Source: an uncultured Enterobacteriaceae bacterium (GTDB lineage Bacteria; Pseudomonadota; Gammaproteobacteria; Burkholderiales; SG8-39). Taken from it: a stretch of DNA of 64,000 nt. Positions 26,377 through 35,617 of the stretch are shown piece by piece; the stretch's first letter is position 1, and every line of letters begins with the position of its first letter. The notes beneath the pieces are model-generated. The model had not been told where the DNA came from and made no database searches. It worked only from the letters and a program-made list of their open reading frames with translations. Position numbers and translations under genes: made by a program. The stretch is taken from the NCBI GenBank assembly GCA_964565875.1, contig CAZMGP010000022.1:1648-65647 (forward strand), read 5' to 3'.

Positions 26377-27270
26377 GTGAGCGAAGCGCGAGCCCTGCGG
26401 CTGCGCACGCTGCTCGGAGACTATCCGTGCACCCGCGCGCTGAAACAAGGCGAGCTGGCGTCGAGCGTGGTCGCGTTCGACTTTGCCGACGTGAAGGTGC
26501 CGCATAGCGCGTTCAAGCGCGTGGTGCGCGAACTCGAGTTCGACGTCGCAGAGCTCGCGCTCATGACTTTTCTCGTGGCCAAGGCGTGCGGCAAACCCCT
26601 GGTGCTGCTCCCTGCCGTGATCCTGGCGCGCTTTCAGCATCCCTACCTCGTGTACAACGCCGAGCGCGGTCCGCTTGCGCCGCGCGATCTCGCCGGCCGC
26701 CGCGTCGGCATCCGCTCCTATTCGGTCACCACTGCCGCCTGGATCCGCGGCATCCTCGCCGAGGACTACGGCGTCGCTGCGGAAAGCGTGCGCTGGGTGA
26801 CATTCGAAGAGGCGCATGTCGCCGAATATCGCGATCCGCCCTATGCCGAGCGCGCGCCCGCCGGCAAGGAGCCGAAGGCGATGCTGCTCGCGGGCGAACT
26901 CGACGCGTTGGTCGTGGGCAATCCGGTGCTCGACGATCCGCGTCTGCAGACCCTCATCCCAGATGCGGCAGCGGCTGCTGAGGATTGGTACCGGCGCAAG
27001 GGCGCGATCCAGATCAACCACATGGTGGTGGTGAGGGAGTCCTTGTCCCAATCGCGCCCGGACGCCGTGCGCGAGGCGTACCGCTTGCTCGCGCAGAGCC
27101 GGCAGAGGGCGGGCTTGCCCGCACCGCCTGCCATCGACCTCAACCCGTTCGGCGTCGAAGCCAATCGGCGCAACCTGGAAGTCGCCGTCGCCTACGCTTT
27201 TCGACAAGGGCTCATCCCGCGGCGCTACGCGGTGGACGAACTCTTCGACGAAGTGACGCGCGCCCTATGA
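26377..27270 (+). CDS. 4,5-dihydroxyphthalate-decarboxylase-like protein (NMT1/PBP2-like fold, cytoplasmic)
   Basis: 297 aa from a GTG start. It resembles the PhtD family: YPCTRALKQGEL, REFDVAEL-type segment ELEFDVAELALMTFL, GIRSYSVTTAAWIRGILAEDYG, NRRNLEVAVAYAFRQGLIPRR. Confidence 0.65.
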   Translation: MSEARALRLRTLLGDYPCTRALKQGELASSVVAFDFADVKVPHSAFKRVVRELEFDVAELALMTFLVAKACGKPLVLLPAVILARFQHPYLVYNAERGPLAPRDLAGRRVGIRSYSVTTAAWIRGILAEDYGVAAESVRWVTFEEAHVAEYRDPPYAERAPAGKEPKAMLLAGELDALVVGNPVLDDPRLQTLIPDAAAAAEDWYRRKGAIQINHMVVVRESLSQSRPDAVREAYRLLAQSRQRAGLPAPPAIDLNPFGVEANRRNLEVAVAYAFRQGLIPRRYAVDELFDEVTRAL

Positions 27271-28680
27271 GTGCGCTGCCGGGCTTGCACCCGCGCGCAT
27301 TGCATTGATTCCGGCGATCCGCCCGTAGACGAGGGCGCGCATGGTGGCGACGGCGTTGGGGGCGAGGCCGTGGAAGTGCCCGGTGATCTCGCCTGCGGCG
27401 TAGAGGCCGGGAATAGCGCCGTTCGCGTCCAGCACTTCGGCTTGGTCGTTGGTGGCGATGCCGCCGAAGGTATAGACGACGGCGCCCACCAGCGGATAGG
27501 CGAGATAGGGCGGACGCGTGAGTGCCCGCGCCCAATTGGATTTCGGCGGAACGAGGCCCGGCGCCGCGGCGAGGCCGTCGGCGCGGCTTGCATCGAAGCG
27601 TCGTGCATCTCCCGCCGCGGCGGCATTGTACTCGGCAAGCGTGCGCGCCAGTCCGTCGGCATCAATGCCCGCGACGAGCGCCAGTTCGCGTATGGTGGCG
27701 CCTCGATAGGGCGGCACCTCGCTCTTGATCGCCTTCTGGTAATTGGCGATGTCGTAGAGCGCGCTGTCCAGCACCGCAAAGGCGATGCGCCCCGGCGTGG
27801 AAAAATGGATGTGGCGGGCGAACGTTTCCCAGGTTTCATGCACCAGGCCTGCACCCTCGTCGAAGAAGCGCTTGCCGTTGCGGTCGACCACCACGCCGTA
27901 GGGATAGACCAGCGCCAGCGCCTGCGCGGTGGAGCTGCGCGGATCGACCGGTTCGGCGTGCATGCCCTGCCAGTCGCCTGCTGCGAGCGCCCCACATTCG
28001 AGGGCCATGCGGATGCCCGCGCCGGTGTTGAAGGCGGTCCCCGGCGAAACGAGGCGCATGTCTTCCGCGCCGGGACCGAAATACTCGCGCAGCATGGCCG
28101 CATTGCCCTCGAAGCCGCCGCAGGCGAGGATCACCGCGCCGCCGCCGATGCGGCGCAGTTCGCCCTTTGCCGTGCGGACTTCGACGCCGGTGATGCTGCC
28201 GTTTTCGGCGCGCATTAGGCGCTCGGCGTTCATGCGGTAATGGAATTCCACCCCGGCCGCCTTCGCCGCGCGCACGAGTTCCCTCACGATCACCGCGCCG
28301 CCGCCCACCGGCTGGATGCGCTCCGGGCCGGCACTGATGTAATAACCGGGAGAGTGGAAGGCGATACCGTGCGCTTGCAGCCAGGCGACGGTCGCCGGCG
28401 ACTCCGCGGCGAGGCGGCGAAAGTAGGCGCTATCGGCGCGGCCGCCCGACGCCTGCTGGACGTCCTCCTCGAATCCGGGCGTGAGCGCCTGCGGCGAGCG
28501 CATGCGCATGTTGGACGGGCTCCAGCGCGTGTTGCCGCCGCTCGCTTCCTCGCTTGCGCTGTCGATGAGGGTGATGGCGCAGTTGCGGCCTAGGTTGTGC
28601 GCCTCCTCGGCCGCAGCGAGCGCCGCACAAAGTCCGGCCGCGCCTTGGCCGACGACGACGAGTTCGTAGCGATCGCGCAT
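27265..28680 (-). CDS. FAD-binding oxidoreductase, fumarate-reductase/TcuA-like flavoprotein (second paralog, no TcuB partner)
   Basis: 471 aa. The N-terminus is YELVVVGQGAAGLCAALAAAE. Further motifs are GGNTRWS, ACGGFEGN and a C-terminal GLYAAGEITGHFHG. Confidence 0.85.
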   Translation of the reverse strand: MRDRYELVVVGQGAAGLCAALAAAEEAHNLGRNCAITLIDSASEEASGGNTRWSPSNMRMRSPQALTPGFEEDVQQASGGRADSAYFRRLAAESPATVAWLQAHGIAFHSPGYYISAGPERIQPVGGGAVIVRELVRAAKAAGVEFHYRMNAERLMRAENGSITGVEVRTAKGELRRIGGGAVILACGGFEGNAAMLREYFGPGAEDMRLVSPGTAFNTGAGIRMALECGALAAGDWQGMHAEPVDPRSSTAQALALVYPYGVVVDRNGKRFFDEGAGLVHETWETFARHIHFSTPGRIAFAVLDSALYDIANYQKAIKSEVPPYRGATIRELALVAGIDADGLARTLAEYNAAAAGDARRFDASRADGLAAAPGLVPPKSNWARALTRPPYLAYPLVGAVVYTFGGIATNDQAEVLDANGAIPGLYAAGEITGHFHGLAPNAVATMRALVYGRIAGINAMRAGASPAAHS

Positions 28681-28695
28681 CGCCGATACCTTATT

Positions 28696-28725
28696 TCACA
28701 TTATCGATAGATAACCGATATTGTG
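28696..28725. promoter_or_regulatory. Imperfect inverted repeat (candidate operator) in the divergent promoter region between two FAD-enzyme genes
   Basis: TCACATTATCG-N8-CGATATTGTGA, with 10 of 11 positions symmetric. It lies in an 87-bp AT-rich intergenic region. Confidence 0.5.
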
Positions 28726-28767
28726 ACATAATGTCCTCGCGCAAGACAGCGGGCGCGGGGGAGAGGC

Positions 28768-30486
28768 GTGGACGAATTCGGCGCGGAATACGATTTGATC
28801 GTGCTCGGCTCGGGGGCGGCCGGCCTGACCGCGGCGCTCACTGCCGCGATCGAAGGCGCGAAGCCGCTTCTAGTCGAAAGCACGGCCTACCTCGGCGGCA
28901 CCAGCGCGCGTTCTTCGGGCACGGTGTGGATACCCGACAATCCGGACATGCGCCGCTGCGGAAACACCGGCGACGCTGCCCTTGCCACCACCTACCTCGA
29001 CGCCCTGGCGGGGGACAAGGCCGAGCGCACGCTGCGGCTCGCGTTCATCGCCGCGGGGCGGGAGATGATCGAGTACCTGGAGAGGCATACCGATTTCGCC
29101 TTCCGCCAGTACCGCGAGCATCCGGACTACCGACAGGACCTGCCGGGCGCCGCGATGGGCGGGCGTCCGCTGGAGCCGCCGGAATTCGACGGCCGGCTGC
29201 TGGGTGGCGAATTCGCGCGGGTGGCGTGGCCGCTGCGGGAGTTGATGCTCTTCGGCGGCATGATGCTCACCCGCGGCGAGGCGGCGCAGCTGCTCACCGC
29301 CTACAAGTCGCCGACTGCGGCGCTGCTCGGCGTGAAAATGCTCGCGCGCTACGCAGCCGACCGACTGTTCCATGCACGCGGTACGCGGCTCGTCCTCGGC
29401 AATGCCCTGGTCGCGCGGCTATACAAGCACTTGCTCGAGCGCAAGGTCGAGCTATGGTTTTCGGCGACTACCGATCGCCTGGTCGTCGAATCGGGCAGAG
29501 TCGTGGGGACGCTGATGCGCCGCGGCGAGAAGCAGATACGCGTTGCGGCGCGCTGCGGCGTGGTGCTCGCTGGCGGTGGCTTTCCGGCGAGCGCCGAGTT
29601 GCGCGATAAATACTTTCGCGCGCCGGTCGCCCAGTACACGCCTGCCTACGAAGGCTGCATCGGCGGCACGCTGCGCATGGGCTTGGAGGCGGGAGGGACG
29701 CTGGGCGCTCCGGGCGAAGACAACGCGCTGTGGTTCCCGAGTTCGGTGGCCGAGCGCGCGGACGGAAGCACGGCGGTCTATCCGCACATCGTGCTCGATC
29801 GCGCAAAGCCGGGACTCGTCGCTGTCGGCCGCAATGGATTGCGCTTCACCAACGAAGGCGCTTCGTATCACGAATTCACCCGCGGCATGTACCGCGCGAA
29901 CGCAAGTGCGCCCTGCATTCCTGCCTGGCTCGTCTGCGACCGGCGCTTCCTGTGGAAATACGGCCTGGGGATGATTCGCCCGCTGACGGCGCGCCTTGCG
30001 CCCTATATCGAGCGCGGCTACCTGCGCGAGGCGGCGAGCATAGCCGGACTCGCCCGTGCGATCGGCGTCGATTCCGCCGGGCTCGCCGAAACCGTGCGGC
30101 GCCACGCGGAGTTTGCGCGCACCGGCGTGGACGCTGATTTTTGCAAGGGCGGCAACGCCTATGACCGCGGCAACGGTGATCCGGTGCAGCGACCCAATCC
30201 TTGTCTCGGCGCAATCGAAAAGCCGCCCTTCTACGCAGTCGAGATTTGGCCGACGCCGCTGGGGACGAGCCTGGGCCTGCGCACCGACGCGCAGGCGCGG
30301 GTGTGCGACGCCGACGGCAAGGCGATCCCCGGCTTGTACGCCGCGGGCAGCGACATGCATTCCATCACCGGCGGCGAATATCCCGGCGCGGGCGCGCAGC
30401 TCGGTCCGGCGATGACTTTCGGCTATGTGGCGGCGCTCGACGCCCTGGGCCGCCGCGCCACCGGAGAGCCGGCAAGGGAGTGCTGA
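28768..30486 (+). CDS. FAD-dependent oxidoreductase, 3-ketosteroid-delta1-dehydrogenase/fumarate-reductase-like
   Basis: 572 aa from a GTG start with a GGGGGAGAGG RBS. The N-terminus is YDLIVLGSGAAGLTAALTAAIEGAKPLLVE...LGGTSARSSG. The C-terminus contains GLYAAGSD. Confidence 0.85.
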   Translation: MDEFGAEYDLIVLGSGAAGLTAALTAAIEGAKPLLVESTAYLGGTSARSSGTVWIPDNPDMRRCGNTGDAALATTYLDALAGDKAERTLRLAFIAAGREMIEYLERHTDFAFRQYREHPDYRQDLPGAAMGGRPLEPPEFDGRLLGGEFARVAWPLRELMLFGGMMLTRGEAAQLLTAYKSPTAALLGVKMLARYAADRLFHARGTRLVLGNALVARLYKHLLERKVELWFSATTDRLVVESGRVVGTLMRRGEKQIRVAARCGVVLAGGGFPASAELRDKYFRAPVAQYTPAYEGCIGGTLRMGLEAGGTLGAPGEDNALWFPSSVAERADGSTAVYPHIVLDRAKPGLVAVGRNGLRFTNEGASYHEFTRGMYRANASAPCIPAWLVCDRRFLWKYGLGMIRPLTARLAPYIERGYLREAASIAGLARAIGVDSAGLAETVRRHAEFARTGVDADFCKGGNAYDRGNGDPVQRPNPCLGAIEKPPFYAVEIWPTPLGTSLGLRTDAQARVCDADGKAIPGLYAAGSDMHSITGGEYPGAGAQLGPAMTFGYVAALDALGRRATGEPAREC

Positions 30487-30523
30487 CCGAATTTGCAGCG
30501 ACTACGCTGGCGCACGGCAGAAT

Positions 30524-30553
30524 TTGATATCATGAGTGTCAATGCGCTATTAT
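30524..30553 (+). promoter_or_regulatory. Candidate sigma70 promoter of the Liv-type ABC operon
   Basis: TTGATA (30524-30529), an 18-nt spacer, then TATTAT (30548-30553). It lies about 90 nt upstream of the ATG at 30645. Confidence 0.45.
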
Positions 30554-30644
30554 GAAATGAGCGGGAGGTGGAGCAAAGCCCGCCAGGCGCAGGCAGTTCA
30601 CCCACGATGCGGCCGTTGCGGCCGAACGACAGGAGGAGGAAAAC

Positions 30645-31916
30645 ATGAGCAGTGACCAAAGAGAACATCGAGCATCGGTATCGGGCGGCCGGCGCAGCAT
30701 ATTGAAAGCGGGCGCCGCGGTGGCGGGCGCGATGGCCTTGGGCTTCCCGGCGATCGTGCGCAGCCAGTCGGACAAAATCAAGATCGGCCATCTCACGCCG
30801 CTCACCGGCTTTCTCGGCGCGCTAGGCGAGTACGCCCAGCTCGGGATCCGCATGGCCGAGGACGAAATCAATCAGGCGGGCGGCGTGATGGGCCGCCAGA
30901 TCGAGGTGATGTCGGAAGACTCGGTCAACCCAGCGACGGCCGCGACCAAGGCGCAGCGCATGCTCGACCGCGACGGCGTGACGGTGCTGATGGGCGAGAT
31001 CAATTCGGCCTCGGCCCAGACCATCATGCAAGTGGCGGCGCGCACCAAACGCCTGTACATGCAGATCGGCGCTCGCTCGGACATCCTGCGCGGCAAGAAC
31101 TGCAACCGCTACACCTTCCACGTCGACATACCGGTGACGGTGATGGTCAACGCCGCGGGCCAGGCGCTGCTGCGCGACGGGCTGGTGAAGGGCAAGCGCA
31201 TCTACAGCCTCACCGCGGACTACGTCTTCGGCCACGACTTGTCGAAGGCGGCGAAGAACTTCTTCGCCGCGAACGGCGGTCAGCACATCGGCGACGAGCT
31301 GGTCGCGACCGACGTCACCGACTTCAGCCCGTATCTATTGAAGATCCGCCAGGCGAAGCCCGATCTCGTCGCCACCAACCTCGCCGGCAACCAGGTGACG
31401 AACTTCGTCAAGCAGTACGCGGAATTCGGCCTGCCTTACGCCATCGCCGGTTTCAACCTCAACACGGCGGATGCCTGGGCGGCGGGCGAGGGCAATCTCG
31501 CCGGCATCTGGCCCACGGTGTGGCACCACGATCTCGACACGCCGGGATCCAAGGCCTTCGTCGCCGCCTTTAGGAAGAAGCACGGCAAGCCGCCGGAAAA
31601 CCACGCCTGGATCGAGTACGTGTCGCTGAAGATGATGGCGCAGGCGATGAACGCGGCGAAGTCCACCGACACCGAAAAACTGATCGCCTATTTCGAAAAA
31701 GAAACGCAATTCGACATCCTGAAGGCGCGCAAGGGCTACTTCCGTTCCTGGGACCACCAGCTCATCCAGGAGGCCTATCCGTTCACGGTCAAGCCCAAAG
31801 GCCAGGCGAAGGACAAGTGGGACTTCCTGCAGTTTGGCGCCGCGGTGCCGGCGGCGAATCAGCCGCTGGAGATCATCAACCCACCGAAAGAGCAAAACAC
31901 CTGCGTATTCGCCTAG
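30645..31916 (+). CDS. Branched-chain-amino-acid-type (LivK/Leu-Ile-Val-binding family) ABC substrate-binding protein, Tat-type signal
   Basis: 423 aa. The twin-arginine leader is GGRRSILKAGAAVAGAMALGFPAIVRS, followed by a KIGHLTPLTGFLGALGE core. A GAGGAGGA RBS is present. Confidence 0.9.
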   Translation: MSSDQREHRASVSGGRRSILKAGAAVAGAMALGFPAIVRSQSDKIKIGHLTPLTGFLGALGEYAQLGIRMAEDEINQAGGVMGRQIEVMSEDSVNPATAATKAQRMLDRDGVTVLMGEINSASAQTIMQVAARTKRLYMQIGARSDILRGKNCNRYTFHVDIPVTVMVNAAGQALLRDGLVKGKRIYSLTADYVFGHDLSKAAKNFFAANGGQHIGDELVATDVTDFSPYLLKIRQAKPDLVATNLAGNQVTNFVKQYAEFGLPYAIAGFNLNTADAWAAGEGNLAGIWPTVWHHDLDTPGSKAFVAAFRKKHGKPPENHAWIEYVSLKMMAQAMNAAKSTDTEKLIAYFEKETQFDILKARKGYFRSWDHQLIQEAYPFTVKPKGQAKDKWDFLQFGAAVPAANQPLEIINPPKEQNTCVFA

Positions 31917-32000
31917 TCAGCCGGCTGCGGCCGCGCCATGGCGCGGCCGCAGAGGCGATGCCGTCCTTCGCTGCACCGCCCACCTTCCTCTGAATTGAAC

Positions 32001-32876
32001 ATGCAGTTCCTGTTTTTGCTGGAACAGGTCGTGAACGGCCTGGTGCTCGGAGGCTACTACCTCCTGATCGCGCTCGGCCTGTCGCTGATCTTTTCCGTCG
32101 GCGGCGTGGTGAACCTAGCGCACGGCGCCTTCTATGCCATCGGCGCCTACATCTCGCTCGAAATCGCCAAGTACCTGGGCTTCGGGCCGGCGGCCGTGCT
32201 CTCGCCGCTCGCGGTGGCGCTGCTCGGCATCCTGTTCGAAAGATTCCTGTTGCGCCGCTTCTATAGCGCCGACCCGATCCTGTCGCTACTCGTGACCTTC
32301 GGGCTTGCGATGGTGGCGGAGCAGCTGCTGCGCATCATCTGGGGCGCGGCGCCGCTGCCCGCCTCGATGCCGCCCAGCCTGAAGGGGCAGGTGATGCTCG
32401 GCGACTTCATGTTCTCGCGCTATCGGCTGCTGCTCCTCGCCGTGGTGGCGGTGGTGCTCGCGGGCATTTGGTTCCTGCTGCAGAAGACCTCGTTCGGCCG
32501 CGTGGTGCGCGCCGGCATCCAGCGGCCCGACATGGTGGCGGCGCTCGGCATCCGCCTGCAGCCCTATATGAGCGCCATCGTCATGCTGGGCGTAGGCATG
32601 GCGGCGCTGGGCGGCGCGCTGTTCGCGCCGATCACCGTGGTGCATCCGGCGATGGGCGCGGAAATCATCATCGTCGCCTTCGTCGTGGTGGTGATCGGCG
32701 GGCTGGGAAGTTTCTGGGGCGTGGTGCTCGCAGCGATGCTGGTCGGCGTAGTGCGCGGCATCACCATCCACTTCGTTCCTGCCGCGGGCGAAGCCTCGAT
32801 GTATGTGCTCATGTTCCTGGTGCTGATGTTCCGGCCGCGCGGCTTGCTCGGCGAGCGCATCGAGAAATTCGAATGA
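32001..32876 (+). CDS. livH: Branched-chain amino acid ABC transporter permease (LivH-type)
   Basis: Start at MQFLFLLEQVVNGLVLGGYYLLIALGLSLIF (ATG 32001). The product is polytopic and hydrophobic. Its stop overlaps the next start as ATGA. Confidence 0.88.
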   Translation: MQFLFLLEQVVNGLVLGGYYLLIALGLSLIFSVGGVVNLAHGAFYAIGAYISLEIAKYLGFGPAAVLSPLAVALLGILFERFLLRRFYSADPILSLLVTFGLAMVAEQLLRIIWGAAPLPASMPPSLKGQVMLGDFMFSRYRLLLLAVVAVVLAGIWFLLQKTSFGRVVRAGIQRPDMVAALGIRLQPYMSAIVMLGVGMAALGGALFAPITVVHPAMGAEIIIVAFVVVVIGGLGSFWGVVLAAMLVGVVRGITIHFVPAAGEASMYVLMFLVLMFRPRGLLGERIEKFE

Positions 32877-35410
32877 AGCCCGCATTGCTCGCTCCGAAAT
32901 ACCGGCCGCTCGCCTTCGGCGCGCTCGCGCTCGTGCTGCTGCCGCTCGCCATGCGTCCGCTCGGGTTGACGCTCGACACCGCGGCGGTGGTGGTGATCCT
33001 CGCCATCGCCGCCATGGGCCTGAACCTGCTGGTGGGCTATACCGGGCTCACTTCCTTCGGCCACAGCGTCTGGTTCGGTATCGGCGCCTATGCAGCGGCG
33101 CTGGCGCAGAAGCATTGGTTCGCGAATCAGCTTGCGCTGCCGATCCTGTTTTCGATCGGCTTCGTCGCCGTGCTCGCGGCACTCATCGGCGTGCTCATCC
33201 TGCGCCGGCGCGGCGTCTATTTTTCGCTGCTGACGCTCGCGCTCGTGGCCCTGTCCTATGCCATCGCCTTCCGCTGGACCGAGGTGACGGGCGGCGAGGA
33301 CGGCCTGGGCGGCATCCAGCGCGGTCACCTGGGCCCGATCAACTTCGACGACCCGGTCGTGTTCTACGCCTTCGTCGCCTTGGTCGGCTTCGCCGTGCTC
33401 TACGGGCTGCTGCGCGTCGTGCGCTCGCCCTTCGGCCACGTGCTGGTCGCGATTCGCGAGAACCAGCTGCGCGCGAGCTTTCAGGGCTATGCGGTGGAGC
33501 GCTACAAGCTCGCAGCCTTCGTGCTCTCCGCCGTCGTGACCGGGCTTGCCGGCGCGCTGACCGGATTTCAGCACTATCTCGTCTCGGCCGAGGCGACTTC
33601 CATCGGGTTTTCCGGCGAGCTGCTCGCCATGGTGGTGATCGGCGGCATGCACCACATTCTGGGGCCGGCGCTGGGCGTGCTGTTCTACATCCTGTTCCGC
33701 GAACTGTTTTCCATGTGGACCGCGAACTGGCTGCTCTGGTTCGGCATCGTCTTCGTCGGCTTCGTGCTCTATTCGCCCGGGGGACTGGCCGGCATCTGGA
33801 TGAAACTCAAGCGGCGCTGGCGACCGCCGCCGGAGGAGTCGGCGGCGATGAGCCGGCGCAAGATCTACGAAGGCCTGCCTCTGCCGGAATTCCTGCGCCC
33901 GCAAGCGGGAACGGGCGCGGTGCTCGAGATCGAGGGGGTACAGAAAGCCTTCGGCGGCATTCACGCCGTTGCCGGCGTGGGCCTCGCGGTCAATGCCGGC
34001 GAAGTGCACGCGCTGATCGGCCCGAACGGCGCCGGCAAGACGACGATGTTCAATCTGATTTCGGGCTTGTATGCGGCGGATGCGGGCACGGTGCGCTTGA
34101 AGGGCTTCGAAGTGCAACGACTGCTTCCCTACCGCATCTGTCAGCAGGGGCTCGCGCGCTCCTTCCAGATCACCAATCTGTTTCGCGGCCTGTCGATCTA
34201 CGAGAACCTGCGCCTGTCGCTGCAGGCGCGGCATGGCGCGCGCTTCAACGCTTGGCGCGACGTCGACAGCTATCCCGAAATCCATGCCGAAACCGCAGAA
34301 TTGATGCGCTTCCTCGGCCTCGAGGGCATAGAGGAAATCCAGGGCGGGGAGCTCTCCTACGGCGGGCAGCGGCTGGTGGACATGGGCATCGCGCTCGGAT
34401 CCAAGCCGCAGGTGCTGCTGCTCGACGAGCCGCTCGCCGGGCTCGCCGCTGCGGAGCGCGAGCGGGTATCCAACTTGGTGAAGACCATCGCCGCCAACGT
34501 TCCCGTGTTGATCGTCGAGCACGATCTCGATCGCGTGCTCAGCTTGTCGCACCGAGTCACGGTGATGAACCAGGGCGAGTTGCTGATGGTGGGCACGCCG
34601 GACGCGGTACGCGCCGACCGCCGCGTGCAGGAGGTCTATACCGGGACGGGCATTCCGCCCGTTACCGGACGCACCGCGGAAGGCGGCGGGGCGCCGAAGC
34701 AGCTGCTGCGCTTCGAAGGCGTCAACACCTTTTACGGCAAGAGCCATATCCTCAACGATGCGACGCTCGACGTTTGCGGTGGCGAGATCGTCGCACTGCT
34801 CGGGCGCAACGGCGCGGGCAAGTCGACGTTGCTGAAGACGCTCGCCGGGCTCGTCCCCGCCGCCTCGGGCAGAATCGAATTCGCCGGCCGCGACATCGCC
34901 GGCCTCGCCGCGCCGGACATCGCGCGCCTGGGCATCGGCTACGTGCCGCAGGGCAGGGGCCTGTTTGCCGGCATGACGGTGGCGGAAAACCTAGCCCTGG
35001 GACGGCTCGCGCGCCGCACCGACGGCGCGACCGGCGTCGTCTGGAGCGAGGAGCGCATTTACGAATACTTCCCGCGGCTGAAGGAGCGCATGCACGTCGC
35101 CGCCGATTACCTATCCGGCGGCGAGCAGCAGATGGTGGCGGTGGCGCGCGCGCTTTCGGGCAACGTCAGCCTGCTGCTCTTGGACGAGCCGTTCGAAGGG
35201 CTCGCCCCGGCCGTAGTGCAGGAACTGTTCCGCGTCTTCGACCGGCTGCGCCGGCACACGGCCATCGTCATCGTCGAGCACAATCTCGACCTGGTGCTCG
35301 CGCTCGCCGACCGCGTGTTCGCCCTGGAGCGCGGCGCGGTGTTTCACCAGGGGCCGGCCGCGCGCCTACGCGACGATCTGGACTACCGCAAGCAGATCCT
35401 CTGGTTGTGA
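32873..35410 (+). CDS. Fused LivM-type permease + LivG-type ATPase + LivF-type ATPase (single 845-aa ORF)
   Basis: The reading frame is continuous. The permease part reads LNLLVGYTGLTSFGH. The first NBD has GPNGAGKTT, LSYGGQR and LLLDEP. The second NBD has GRNGAGKST, LSGGEQQ and LLLDEP. No stop codon occurs at either junction. Confidence 0.85.
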   Translation: MKPALLAPKYRPLAFGALALVLLPLAMRPLGLTLDTAAVVVILAIAAMGLNLLVGYTGLTSFGHSVWFGIGAYAAALAQKHWFANQLALPILFSIGFVAVLAALIGVLILRRRGVYFSLLTLALVALSYAIAFRWTEVTGGEDGLGGIQRGHLGPINFDDPVVFYAFVALVGFAVLYGLLRVVRSPFGHVLVAIRENQLRASFQGYAVERYKLAAFVLSAVVTGLAGALTGFQHYLVSAEATSIGFSGELLAMVVIGGMHHILGPALGVLFYILFRELFSMWTANWLLWFGIVFVGFVLYSPGGLAGIWMKLKRRWRPPPEESAAMSRRKIYEGLPLPEFLRPQAGTGAVLEIEGVQKAFGGIHAVAGVGLAVNAGEVHALIGPNGAGKTTMFNLISGLYAADAGTVRLKGFEVQRLLPYRICQQGLARSFQITNLFRGLSIYENLRLSLQARHGARFNAWRDVDSYPEIHAETAELMRFLGLEGIEEIQGGELSYGGQRLVDMGIALGSKPQVLLLDEPLAGLAAAERERVSNLVKTIAANVPVLIVEHDLDRVLSLSHRVTVMNQGELLMVGTPDAVRADRRVQEVYTGTGIPPVTGRTAEGGGAPKQLLRFEGVNTFYGKSHILNDATLDVCGGEIVALLGRNGAGKSTLLKTLAGLVPAASGRIEFAGRDIAGLAAPDIARLGIGYVPQGRGLFAGMTVAENLALGRLARRTDGATGVVWSEERIYEYFPRLKERMHVAADYLSGGEQQMVAVARALSGNVSLLLLDEPFEGLAPAVVQELFRVFDRLRRHTAIVIVEHNLDLVLALADRVFALERGAVFHQGPAARLRDDLDYRKQILWL

Positions 35411-35438
35411 ATTCTCCACCCTTACGAAAGAGACACCT

Positions 35439-35609
35439 TTGCTGAGCCTGATACTTTCGACCATTGCATTTGTCGTCGCGAGCTATTTCGCGAAGAGGTA
35501 TCTCGACGACTTGGGGCTGCCCAAGGGCGCGACGCGCAGCCTTTCTATATTTTGTTTCGCCGCGGTGATCTCCTACGCCGTGGCCTACCTCGTCGACCAC
35601 CTCGCTTGA
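35439..35609 (+). CDS. Possible small membrane protein (56 aa, two hydrophobic helices); not in the ORF track
   Basis: A TTG start follows AAAGAG by 6 nt. The product is (M)LSLILSTIAFVVASYFAKRYLDDLGLPKGATRSLSIFCFAAVISYAVAYLVDHLA. Third codon positions are mostly G/C. It fills the 207-bp gap between convergent genes. Confidence 0.35.
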   Translation: MLSLILSTIAFVVASYFAKRYLDDLGLPKGATRSLSIFCFAAVISYAVAYLVDHLA

Positions 35610-35617
35610 GGGCGCGC

